Under the pieces are notes generated by a model. The model had not been told where the DNA came from. It did not search any database and saw only the letters and a program-made list of their open reading frames with translations. Of a stretch of DNA of 64,000 nt, positions 38,364 to 50,934 are shown one piece after another (position 1 is the stretch's first letter; each line of letters begins with the position of its first letter). Source of the DNA: Cirrosporium novae-zelandiae (Eukaryota); NCBI GenBank assembly GCA_026023565.1, contig JAPETS010000001.1, positions 682,001 to 746,000 on the forward strand, written 5' to 3'. The translations under genes were made by a program, and so were the position numbers.

Positions 38364-41300
38364 TTAAACCTTTCCTAAACTCTGCAGATTAACCAGCTCA
38401 GAATACCTCCCCTTCTTCCGCATAAGTTCGTTATGGGTACCTTGCTCGACGATTCGGCCTTGATCAAACACGTAGATGATGTCAGCCTTTTGAATTGTGC
38501 TGAGTCGATGGGCAACAGCCACTGTGGTGCGGCCTTGAGCTGCGGCATCCAAGGCCGCTTGTACGACCTTTTCGGATTCCGAGTCTAGGGCGGAGGTTGC
38601 TTCGTCGAGAAGAAGAATCTTAGGGTCTCGGATGAGGGCGCGGGCAATGGCGACACGTTGCTTTTGGCCGCCGGAAAGCATGGCACCTTTGGATCCGACG
38701 ACGGTGTTGAAACCATCAGGTAGGGATATAATGAAATCATAGATGTTTGCGTCTTTGCAAGCTTGGACCACGACTTCCTCGGGAACATCATCACGATCAA
38801 CACCTAATAGAATATTTTCACGAATAGAACCTTGGTAAAGGGTTGGTTCTTGACTGACGAGCGCTAGGAAACTTCGATAGTCATTCAAATGAAGCCTTGA
38901 AATCTCCTTGCCGTCAACGAAAATACCTCCGTGAAGAGGATTATAAAATCTTTCGAGTAGAGCAATAGTTGTGCTCTTACCACAGCCACTAGCTCCTACC
39001 AACGCAACATATTGTCCAGGCTTGACAGTAATGTTGAGTCCTCGTAGAACAGGTTGTTCTGGTCGAGTTGGATATCTGAAATGAACGTCACGGAACTCAA
39101 TGGTTCCCTCAATGTGATTAACCTTGTCACCTTCTTCAGACCAAGAATCAATCTCTGGTTTACGTTCCAAGAGAGTTTTGAGTTCTCTAGCAGCTTCTTT
39201 TGCTTTACCCATATCTGGGGCGAATGAAAATATTGTACCGGCAGATTGAGCTCCAAAAATGACAGACGAAAAGCAAATAAAAAACTGTAGCATGGTGTAC
39301 TCCCCATTGGCAATGAGTGTCCCACCATACCAAAACCCTAGAGCAAGACATAAGAACATAAAGGCCTGAGACGATGCATAAAGGAACGACGATTTTAGGA
39401 CCGAAATTAAACTTTTTCCTGCTTGTTCCTGGAGCATTCCGTGATAATGATTGTCTACGTCTACTTCTCTCGTCAAAGAAGCAACGGTTCGGATGGCGGA
39501 GGTAGCTTCGCAAGCATACGTAGCAGATGATTCGTAAGCTTTCTTGGATCGTTGTTCGAACCTCGCAAGCATCCAGAATCTGAGAAAACCGCAGGCCAGC
39601 AGGATAGGAACACAGGCTGTACAAACAAGTGCGAGTTTCCAGCCAATGCACAGTGCGACCACAATACATGCTATGAGAGTAGTGAGTACCAAAAGAATTG
39701 TGCCCAGTGTAACACCACTCATGCCAGCAAGATATGTAGTCTCAGTAGAGAGAAAGGACGTAAGCGCACCGGCCGTATTCTCCTCCCGATCGAAGAAAGC
39801 AATATCTTGTCTTAACATCGTTCGGAATGCTGTATCTCGTACACGGTGCACCATACGCTCAGAGCAAATGGCGAATGCAATTCCCTGAACGACAAATGCG
39901 AGAATTATAACAAGAGCAAGCATTAGGTACATTAGTGACCAGAAATTTGCATCATGCCGTAACTTTCCATATTCACTCTTGGGCAAGGACAACGCGACGA
40001 TAGATTTTGCAAAAAGGACCGCTTGAGTTGGATTTCCCCCGCCACAAACAATGGAGAAAGCCAAACCAAGGACCATCAACTTCCATTCTTTCTTGTTGAA
40101 TTTAGCCACCAATGTAATCAACATAATGAGAGAGTAATTTTTCTCAGTTTCCGAATGCTTTTTCGCAATAGCAACACTAGAAAGAGATTTTCCCGAGGCA
40201 GCTGTGGTGGTTCGATTGAGCTTTTCATGTAACCGTGCATCATCCGGATCGACATCAACGATTCCCATATCTTTTGACGCAGACCTGTTTAGAGAAAGTT
40301 CAACCTCGTCCATTCTAGCCTTTTCATCTATTTCTCCTTCATCCTCATTACTGTGGATGCGTTGAGCCTGGACAAGGTGGTAATAGGCTGATTGCCTTTC
40401 TAGAAGATCGTTGTGGGTGCCTTGCTCAATTATGTTGCCTTGGGACATGACAACGATATTATCAGCATCCTTGATTGTCGAAAGTCGATGCGCAATAACA
40501 ATTGTGGTCCGTCCCTCAGCAGCCCTGTCCAATGCGGCTTGCACAACCCCTTCGGATTTTGTATCCAAAGCAGACGTGGCTTCATCAAGAAGAAGGATTT
40601 TCGGATCACTGACCATAGCACGAGCGATAGCTATACGTTGTTTCTGTCCACCAGATAAGAGGAATCCGCGATCACCTACATTAGTTTCGTATCCTTCGGG
40701 CAATCCACTAATGAAATCATGAGCATTGGCCATCCTCGCCGCATTTTCTACCAGCTCTCTCTGCTTTGCCATTCCAACATTCTCGTATTGGGTACCAATC
40801 AATCCATGTTGAATGTTTCCAAATATTGTTGTTCCGAATAGGGTCGGTTCTTGGCTGACTAGTGATATTTGTTGTCGCAACCACCGAATGTTGAGGGTCT
40901 GGATGTCATGTCCATCAAGCAGGACTTGTCCACCAACAGGATCATAGAACCTTTCAACAAGACCAACGATAGTACTCTTTCCAGAACCAGAAGCTCCAAC
41001 CAACGCGGTTGTCTTCCCAGCCGGAATAATAAGATTAACATCATTCATCACAACAACCTCGGTCCTTGAGGGATATATATGCTTGATGTGCCTAAGTTCA
41101 ACAGTACCCTCAAAATGATCGAGTGTTTTGCCAGTCTCGGATGCAGGGTCGATTGGGGATATCCGATCAATAGTACTGAAGATCTTCTGAGCAGCCGAAA
41201 TACCTGTACTGAAATGCTGAATGTTGGGGGATACATTGCCGAGGGCGAATGCACCAATCATAATTGCCATAAGAACTGTGAGGATCTGCGAGAGGGTTGC

Positions 41301-42482
41301 ATCGCCAGTCACAAGGAATCGAGAGCCTTGCCAAAAAGCCAGACCATAATTGAGATAAATGAAACCAAACATCATAGCCACCATGATTGACAAGCTTATC
41401 TTAACCTTGAGCCCATATTTTTCAGCCGTTTTCAGATGGACATCATACTGTTTAGCAAGCTTGTCCTGTGTACTAAATGCAGTAGCATTCCTGATAGAAC
41501 TGATAACTTCTTCAGCAACGGTACCTCCGAGGGCATACGAATTCAAAGATTGCTTGTTGTACTTGACAATGAATGCAGAACCACCACCCATTGTCAAAGT
41601 GATGGCAACAACGGTAGCACTCAGGATAAGAGTCAGTTTCCAGTTCTTGATAAAGCCAATTATATATGCTGTAATGAAGGTAGCAACAGCTGTCAGCGTT
41701 AAGCCAATTTTCTCAGATACGGCCTCTTGAATTAAATTAGTATCAGACGTAATCCTGGTTGTAATTTCCCCAGCACCTAACTTGTCAAAAAATGCAATGT
41801 TCTGCCGAAGGATGGCTGACATGTAGTGCTCTCTGATTTTTTGAGTCATGTGTTCTCCGGCGTAAATGAAGCCGACGGTGTAAATATATGTGACAATATA
41901 TTCTCCGACTCCAAGGTAGACGAAGTATAATGTGAAATGTGATAGGTTATGCGAGAATTCGTCCTTGGAGATAGTGCCCAAGAAGAATCCCTGAAACTGG
42001 CCAGCTAGAGAACCAAAAATAATCTATGTCTATCGTTAGTCAATGAGGGATGTCTAGAGCAAATCTAGAGCACTTACAGTCATCAATGGCAGACAAGCGC
42101 CACCAGCTATTGCACATATCGAGCTAACAATCATGATCATGATGTCTGCGTGAGTTCTATATCGGAAAAGCGTCGTATATTTAACCTCGACAGGCGGTAC
42201 GTCAACCTGTTTTCGTACAATTGTTCGTTCATTGTCTGGGAGATTTGACAAGCCTTGATCATCCTCCTCATCACCATTTGCATTATGAACAGTCACAACA
42301 TGAGGTTGGCTGTCCTTGGCGGGGCTCGCAGTGGAGGATGACCTTGAATGAGATATTTGGGTCTCCTTCTCTTCAACACCTGAATTTGGCTCTTTGGTAT
42401 TTGAACTTGTAACGGTATCCTCTTGAACCTTCTCATCAGTCCTTTCGGCGGCCTGGCGCAAATCGCCACCGGTGGCGTCCAT
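38364..42482 (-). CDS. MDR1: Full-size ABCB multidrug transporter (Mdr1/AtrD-like)
   Basis: TMD-NBD-TMD-NBD with two Walker A (GASGSGKS, GASGCGKS), LSGGQKQR signatures and LLLDEATSALD. Intron 42024-42077. Confidence 0.95.
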
Positions 42483-43490
42483 GTTGTGAGTATTCCCTCG
42501 TCGATGCAAGTATTCTCTTAGAAAAACTATGAGGGGGAGAAAGCTTCAACCTCGATCACGGATCCACAGCTCAACAAGCTCTATGAAGGGCAAGGTAGAG
42601 AAAGGGTTAGTAAAAAGATGGCCTTGGAATGGATTGGCTGGGCATCTGTAAGATATATACTTGGAAGGGAGTATGAAGGTAATAAAAAATCATAGAATGC
42701 TTGGCAGCACCTTAGTAGGAGTTTAGACATGATTGCTTTTAAAGTTGAAAAGTTAATGGATGCCTGGGACAAAAAAAATAGGGCGGCGTTTTCAACATAG
42801 GGCAAAGTGGTAGTAGTGGAAGAAGGATTACATTCAAGGAGGATTGCATTGGATTGCTCGAGTGCCTGGAAGAAAAAGCAGAAACTAGCGAATAGCATTA
42901 ATAGAAAGGAGAAAGGCGTCGAGGTAAGTGAGTCCTATAGGGAGACGCTGGAGGGTATGGCGTAAATAGGCAACCAGCTCTGACATAGCTAACCAACCAT
43001 CCCAGGGTCGATTAATGATGTTCTATTTTAGTGCCGTACGATTAATACGAATAAGTACGACGTACGACTTCACTCCCAGGCATCCCCACGAGTTTTAGAC
43101 AGTCTTTGGGCGAAACAATGACCTGCAAATTGATTATCCTTAGCTATCAAAAGCGAAGGAATAAAGGTTTAGTGGTGGCTAGTGGTGGAGTATAGTTGTG
43201 GTAACTCAATTTCATAATTGTTTGTGCATACATAACAATAAGTAAATAGTGCTAAAACAAACCGAAAAGGGAAAACCTTGCGAAGGATTCCGAGTGAGGG
43301 GTCAAGATGGAAATTCTGGAAATTCGAAGTTTCCATCTTGAACCGCCAGACCGCTCCGAGTAAGGAAGGCCATTCCCCTGTCAAAACATGACAATTTCAA
43401 ATAAACGAATAAAGATCCTTTCCGATTTTACCCTACACTCAATTCGCCACTAACTATCTGACTCAACGGACACTAACTCACACACAGTAG

Positions 43491-43527
43491 ATCGTACATC
43501 GTACCTCGTACATCGTATATCGCACAT
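43491..43527. repeat. Degenerate tandem 7-mer (ATCGTAC)x5
   Basis: ATCGTAC ATCGTAC CTCGTAC ATCGTAT ATCGCAC in the MDR1-RPL39 divergent intergenic region. Confidence 0.85.
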
Positions 43528-43909
43528 TGGACTTAGCACGCGGGAGCGAAATAAATAAATGCCACCGTGTGCACAGTAACTCTGTACCACAGTAATAGGG
43601 GATGTGGCTTTAGGGTAAGGTATGCCTGGAATTATCGGCATCGGGGAGTTATAAACTCCGCTTTACCACCATTCCATTCCACCCACGCCACCTAGGCTAC
43701 AACGGCCACCAACCCTCCGTGCCTCCCAAGACCTTGAAAAGCGGCAGGGGCCAACTAAACCTGGTATGTCACATGATCTCAATCCTCGCTTGGCCCTAAG
43801 TTACTCCCACACAAACGATAGAGGGTAATTTTGAAGGTCAGATATCGAACGAGGTCAACATCTTCCACCCACTCACTACGCTAGCATCATCAAGCAACCA
43901 CTCCTCACG

Positions 43910-44215
43910 ATGCCGGTATGTCCTAGATACCTTGGTCTACTTGACATTGTTCAGCATGACTGTCCGCTGCTCTAATATATGATTCTAACATGATTTCCAG
44001 AGCCACAAATCATTCCGCACAAAGCAGAAGCTTGCAAAAGCTAAAAAACAGAATCGTCCAATTCCTCAGTGGATTCGTCTCCGGACAGGAAACACAATTC
44101 GGTGCGTGTTCCCTTGATCTATGGGAATCCAGCACCATTTGGCTAACTTAGGAAAACTACTTATAGATACAACGCCAAGAGAAGGCATTGGCGCAAGACC
44201 CGTCTCGGCATTTAA
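43910..44215 (+). CDS. RPL39: 60S ribosomal protein L39 (eL39); missed by the ORF track
   Basis: Spliced product [51 protein letters not shown]. Introns 43916-44000 and 44102-44166. Confidence 0.98.
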
Positions 44216-44946
44216 ATGACCTCTTGCTTTTCCTATTCGATCTACCTTCTACGATTCTGTCATCTATGGTATGGGGAACGGAAGATTGAACTGGCGGCAT
44301 GACTTCAGGTAGCGGATGAAGAAATAAATGGAGGATGTTTGCGGTTATGGATCCATATTGCGGCATGTTAAACGATCTGGGGTCGGACAGAACCAAGTAA
44401 CCTCTCATTACTTGTTAGATCGTCTGAGGTGAAAATGAAATCTATTAAACTCCAGTTCAGAATTTCTCTTGTATAGCCATCTTAGCTGAAAATGCTAAAA
44501 TGTTCACAAAATCATGACGAGCAAAGTGGGATCAGATACATTATTTTCTACCTCGAATTTCACGGAGAAGTCTACACTGAAATTGCACATGAGTACTATT
44601 TCATTCGAGTTACTGATCATTACTGTAAAGCTTCTCTACCTTATTTTCAAATATTAGAGGGTAGGAGAGGTGCAGAGTACTTTTTCTAAAGATCATAACA
44701 TTGCTAGCTAATGCTCCTCTAAACTCTGCCTATCATACTGAGGCTGTCCTCGTTTAGGGAAGTTGTTTGTTGTAGTATTCCATATCCTTATCGTATAGTT
44801 CATAAGGCATGTCTGCATTGCTAAAGGAACCGAATACCATGGCAAAGGAAAAGAGACTTATATCCTCGAGTGTGGAGCCATACGCCTAGGGTATGCATGT
44901 TGCGAAGGAAAGCGTTGTGTAGTGATTGACCCCCAGACAGGAGTGT

Positions 44947-45662
44947 TTAGCGACTATTAAAGCAGTAAGTCAGTACCTTAACAGAAAGAATAGAGGAGGT
45001 AGGAAGGACGTACTCCTCAGCCCATTCATTCTCGCGGCGAATCTGGTCCTCCTCCTCAGGAGTAAAGTCATTCTGAATGTTGAACGTCTTGCGAATTTCC
45101 TCTGGAGTCTTTCCTTTGATCATATTGGCAACGACCTTGCAGCCAGTGTCGAGGAGAGCCTTGATATCGAGGTAGTTGGCAGCCTAAATGTGAAATCAGC
45201 ATCAAAGCAGCCTAAGGATAGAGCGCATAAGTAGTGACGCTTACAAGGATGATCTCAAAGAGCATTTCCTGATCAACTGCCATGAACTTGCTATCCCACT
45301 CTTCTATATCAGTGGTCTTCTTGCGCGAATCCGAGTCATCGTCATTAGGGGCTGGGGGGTCAGCCTTATGATGCTCGCACCACTCGATGACCTTCTTCAA
45401 GACGGATCCCGTAACCTTGATAAACATATTAGAGAACTACCTCAGGTGAAGACTTGGAGTCTGCTCACATTGGGAATAGGAATATCCTCAGAAGTGCCAG
45501 GGATGTCTTCTAGCAAGTTCTTGATCAATACCGACTTTTCGGCAACGGCACGATCTATTGGATTTGAGGTTAGATTAAGGTAATGATAATGTGAAGAATG
45601 AACTTACCAACAGTGATAGTCTCTCCATCAGAGCTCATGAGAGTAAGCTGAACTCCAGACAT
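44947..45662 (-). CDS. SKP1: SCF adaptor Skp1 (SconC/SkpA), canonical start; possible extension to 46175 (see findings)
   Basis: [42 protein letters not shown], terminal ENEWAEDR*. Introns 45555-45607, 45416-45468, 45184-45244, 44954-45013. Confidence 0.97.
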
Positions 45663-46624
45663 CTCCTTAACTTTTTTTTGAACGAGGTTGCGAATTTGCT
45701 TGGAAGTTCCGCGTCTGATCTCTAGATACCAGTAGATATGGACCTTGTCGGTAGCTCTAACCTTGACAATGTCCTTCAGTAGATCCTCTTCGTGTTTGAT
45801 ACTGAAGATGGAGTTGATCTGATCGTTGCGTGCGTCAAGAGATAACTGTTCTAGAACAGAACTTGAGGTAATGGCGTAGATAATATCTTGATTTTTAAGG
45901 TCTGTGGTGGGGTGTTAGTTTGCAGTGGAAAGAACAAAGATGGTTGTGGAGGGGTATTTATGAGGTAATGAGGAGAAAGAAGTGAATCGTAGTTTCTAGT
46001 ATAGGTGTAATAATGACACTTTAGTTCTGGATGGGTCTGGGTAAATGGATCAAAGCTCACCTTGCAAGAATGCTTCTACTTTGGAGGCTGAGAGATCACC
46101 AAGCTCTATAGGTATCCTTCTTAAGTCCGGTGCTTGGAAGATAGGCGCCAATGGAACAAACGCGCGTTTAGACATTTTGTGCTAGGCAATGACAGGAATG
46201 TTCGGATTTAAGAGATTGGAAGGTCGGATGTATCGGAGATAAAGGTGTTTAGATGACCGAGGACCGATATTTATGTGCCCTACTAGCGTCTATACTAGCG
46301 CGTTTATTAGCCCTAATCCCTAACGCTCGGGACGCTCGGACCACCGTTTATATTCTACTAAGCTGTTGAGGTCGTACTATGTAGTCAGGCGCGCCTTGGA
46401 AACATTGAATACTTTGGATATCATATCAAGTCCTCCCAACCCACGAACTCCTCCTGTGTAACATTGGGGGAGAGCGCGATCTCCTTTTTTCTTCTTCCCA
46501 AGAATTACTCAATTCAACCCCTTTCCCCTTTCCCACCTGCAATGCGCTATCCTCGTCTATACTTTCGGCCAAAGCAGCCATTTATCTTGGTCTAAGGAGC
46601 TTTTTTTATTTACCTACTTCGCTG

Positions 46625-48475
46625 ATGATGTGGAGACGAACTTATCTATTTTTTCTTTTTGTGCGCATATACTTCGCCTTTCGTCCCAGCTATTTACACC
46701 CGGATGAGAATTTTCAGGGTCCCGAAGCCATCGCTGGTAAGTGTTTTTTTACCTTGTGATTGTGTCGCAATTTCGACCGAGGATGCAATATAGGATGTTA
46801 TATGACCTCAACCTTCTGGATACTATAAGTGCTGATACTTAAAACTGTAGGCCAAGTATTTGATTATCCCCACAAATTAACATGGGAATTCACTTCCGAC
46901 CACCCCATCCGTAGTGTCTTTCCACTATGGCCGGTCTACGGTCTTCCTATGCTCCTCCTTCGATGGGTTTGGACCGAGACTGGCAATGAAACGGTGGCCC
47001 CTAGAATAACTTATTACACACTACGGGTACTGATGTTTGCTCTGAGCTTTGTATTGGAGGACTGGGCTATTCACGAACTAGTTCGTTCTCCTCGACATCG
47101 CAGAGAAGCCGTGGTCCTGGTAGCTTCTTCCTATGTGACTTGGACATATCAGACACATACCTTTTCCAATTCCATAGAAACATTACTTGTGGCATGGAGC
47201 CTGGTTCTGATACAGCGGATCCTTGAGAATAGAGTACGATATTCAATAATCGAATATTTTATCCAAATAACTTCTATACAACGCATACTAACGGTTGAAT
47301 TATAGAACCGATCTTCTTTTTTCTCAAGTAGCATTCTCGCATTTCTCCTCGTTTTCGGCATCTTCAATCGTATTACTTTCCCTACTTTCGTTCTGATACC
47401 CTGTCTACGATTGTTACCTCACTTTATCCGAAAGTGAGCGTTCTTTTTCTTTCAAGCCCCGCCCCCTGATATTCAATCCACTAACCACTTTTCCTCCAGG
47501 CCCGGATCGTTTCTCATCCTCCTCCTCGTAGGCTCTTTTATAGCCCTCCTTGCCATCTTTATCGACACAAATTTCTATAACCCGGACCTACCGATTCTCC
47601 ACACGTTTCTTCACAACCCCACCATCACCCCTCTCAACTCCCTCCTATACAACACGCAAACCTCTAATCTCGCGCAACATGGCCTCCATCCACGCCACCA
47701 ACACATTCTCATAAACCTCCCTCAGCTTCTCGGTCCAGCCCTCCTTCTACTAACAAATCCCCTCGCGGCTAAACCCCTTACCTCCCTCCCCATCCTCTCC
47801 TCCATCTCCAGTCTAATCTTCCTCTCCATCCTCCCGCACCAGGAACTCCGCTTCCTCATTCCTATTGCACCCCTCGTCCTTTCGACCCTACGCCTGCCTG
47901 TAGCAAGTCGACCCCGCCGCCTTTTCTTCGCCATATGGCTCCTCTTCAACGCCATCTTCGGCGTCCTGATGGGCAGCTTCCACCAGGCAGGCGTAGTACC
48001 AGCTCAACTCGCCATCAGCGAAGACCCGACCCTCACACTAACCAAAACGCCCGCACCTGCCAACATCACTAGCGCCTTCTGGTGGAAAACCTACAGCCCC
48101 CCCATCTGGCTCCTGAACGGCAAAGCCCCATTCCTCGAAACCCACGACCTGATGGGCTTGCCAGGCCCTGAACTCATTACACTACTCACAAACGAAACTC
48201 GTTGTTCTGAAGGTAAATCTGTTCTCCTCATCGCCCCTCGCTCTGCCAAGTTCCTTGACCGGTACACTACGGCACCTCCAAAAAGCAGAGAAGGTGAGAG
48301 CGGCGGTCCAATTATCTTCACAGAAGTCTGGTCCCGCACAAGGCATTTGAATCTTGATGGTTTAGACTTTGGGGAAGATGGTGTGTGGGAGACCTTGAAG
48401 CGGGTGGTTGGGCGCGCGGGGATTGTGATTTGGAGGGTTGGGAGGGATTGTAATAATGGCGGATATGATAAGTAA
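46625..48475 (+). CDS. SMP3: GPI mannosyltransferase 4 (Smp3/PIG-Z)
   Basis: MWRRTYL...[58 protein letters not shown] and [11 protein letters not shown] motifs. Three introns. Confidence 0.93.
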
Positions 48476-49289
48476 AGAACGGGATGGGGAAATGGATTGG
48501 GGTTTGGACTGGGACTCGGGTGATGTGATTGATGCATATGTAACATGTATTGTGTTTGAGAACAGGGGTTCTTGGGTATTACTGGGTACTAGGTATTGCG
48601 GTGGATTTTATTTGCCTGTTTTAGAAACAATGACCACTTTCGTTGTAATTATGATACTCATGCATCATTATAGGTTTCATCTGCTGCCTCTCTTTTCTTC
48701 ATAGTGCGATGTTTAAACTTTTACGTACTCCACTTTGAAAAATAAAAAATGGGAAAACGATACGAATATCAAGTCCTTCTAACTGGATGTCTAGTGCACG
48801 ATAGACAATCCTACTTCGTGAAGCATTGGACACTCGAGTGGCCAAGAGATCTACATTCCTTGCTGGGTTTGAATATAAATTTATGCAGGACACATTGAAA
48901 ACATGCAACCATGGTGATTTATTTGACTATCAGCTACTACCATGTACTCATAAGGCCTCCATTTAGTTCGGCGCAGTGTTCAGCTCAATCCTATCCACTC
49001 CATTAACGTACCTATGATCCTGGGTGACATCCATAACTTGCTAGACGAAACAACCCTTAAGACATCAACCTCTAGCCACGGTCACTGGTAATATGATGAT
49101 AAAGGGAAAATAGGTACATGCTAGAGGCAATAAATGTCCGACGCAGGCCAGACCCTCAGAAGGTATCGAGGTTCGGTTTGGCTGCTGCCTACATAACAAA
49201 CGACCTGGGATTTAGGATGATGCTTAAGGGTAGGGGGGAAATCATGCAAAAAGTATGTGAGCCAATTTTATCTGAAAATTAGGCCTTGA

Positions 49290-50934
49290 TCATGACTCTT
49301 GGTCTTCGTCGGGAGGCTGTTCGAAGAGGAAATTGGCGGCCAATTCTTCATTCTTATCGCAGGCAAAGTAGGCTTGGATAACTAGATCTCTTTCAAACCC
49401 AAGTCGACATAACTAGCAATCAAAGTTAGATGAGGAATTTCGATCAAATGTGACTGAATTAATACTTACACGCTCGATAGCTTCTCTTTCCTCCTCGGTA
49501 ACGCTGATCGCTTGAGCACCTGGTGGTAAGGCTGCATCTTCATCACCATCCTCACTCAACAGTTGCAAGAACTGGTCTGGGTATTCACCAATCAACCGTG
49601 CCAGACTAGGGTTGCCTTGGCCGACTTGCTGCAGAATTGGCTCCAGCATTTGTGGTTGTTGCTGAACTACTTGACGTAATTGCTGGAACTGAGGGTTGTT
49701 TCGGAGGAAATCGAGGTTGCCAAGGCCACCTGCGGTTGTTTCACTGGGTGCGGCACTGCCGGTGCTTCCTCTTGCTGTAGAACCACCACTTGGTCGCGGA
49801 GAGCGTCCAGTATTACCGCGTTGTCCAGCTTGAGCAGCAGCCTCGAACAGGTTCACTCCTGGCTCACCCGACTCACCAGAAGGGTTTGTAGTGGCAGTAC
49901 CAGCGGTAGGAGCTGATGAAGTGGCGGGACGGGCAGATGGAGACTGAGGCTGCTGTTGCTCACGTGCAAGATGGTCTGGTATACCCTAAAGACAGTCAGT
50001 GGCACATCTCATAGATCCGAAAGTGTAATCAAGTATACACTCAATAAGTACTCTACAGCACGGGTTGGGTTGTTGAAAGCCGCTCTCATGGCTCTGTCAA
50101 TCTCCGCACGGGGGAAACCCATGCTCTCCATTTCCGCAATATCTTGCTCCCGTTGTGCGCCCATACTGAGTGTGGATGGGTCATTGAAATCCCGTGACCC
50201 CTGTGTGGTACTTGCAGGCGCAGGGCTAGGGGTAGCTGGTGGGTTGGAAGCGGCGGCGGCTGGTGCTGGTGCTGGTGCTGATACTGGTGCAGGTGCAGGA
50301 GGGGCAGCTGGAGTCTGCGCAGCAGCAGGTGCAGGAGTTGAAGGAGCTTTGGAGGAGGATGCTTTTGAGGTGTTTGGTAGTCCAGCTTTTGGCTAATAGA
50401 TATAAGTAGGTAGCTTAAGAGTTATAAGAGATAGTAATAGTGCAACTAACCTTTCCTACCATGCACACTACAAAGCCTTTCTCCTCGATGTTATATGATC
50501 CAATTGTTTGCGCATCCTTGAGCACCTTACCTGTATAGAAAATATCAGTACTAGGCCTCAGAGATGATCAGAGATGATCAGGCAGAAATGTTTTGGGCAG
50601 AGCGGGGTTCCGACAACTAACCCGAATAAATGAGCTTTTGGAGAGTGGCATCCCATCCTTTTTCTTTTTGTATTTTCTCCTTTACCTCGGCAATCTGGAT
50701 ATATAGTAGTGGTTAGTGATATTATATCTATGTTCCAGGGTAATAGTGGTTGTGTGGGGTAAGCCATGTTCAGTTGCCACGAGGGGCAATTTCGGCGTCA
50801 TACAGTTTCTGATGGATCAGCCTCAATTAAGAACTTTTGCTGGGAAAGGTCCTAAGGAAGAATGTTATCAGCACTGAAAATCTAGATATCCGTACACACA
50901 TGACTATAAAGCATACTTTGAACGTGAGCTGCAT
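49290..50934 (-). CDS. RAD23: UV excision repair / proteasome shuttle Rad23 (UBL-UBA-XPCB-UBA)
   Basis: [67 protein letters not shown]. Multi-exon. Confidence 0.96.

Noticed and set aside
38585..41730. Numerous overlapping or antisense ORFs inside MDR1 (and likewise in other long CDSs)
   Set aside because: Expected shadow ORFs of long coding sequences, with no independent motifs.
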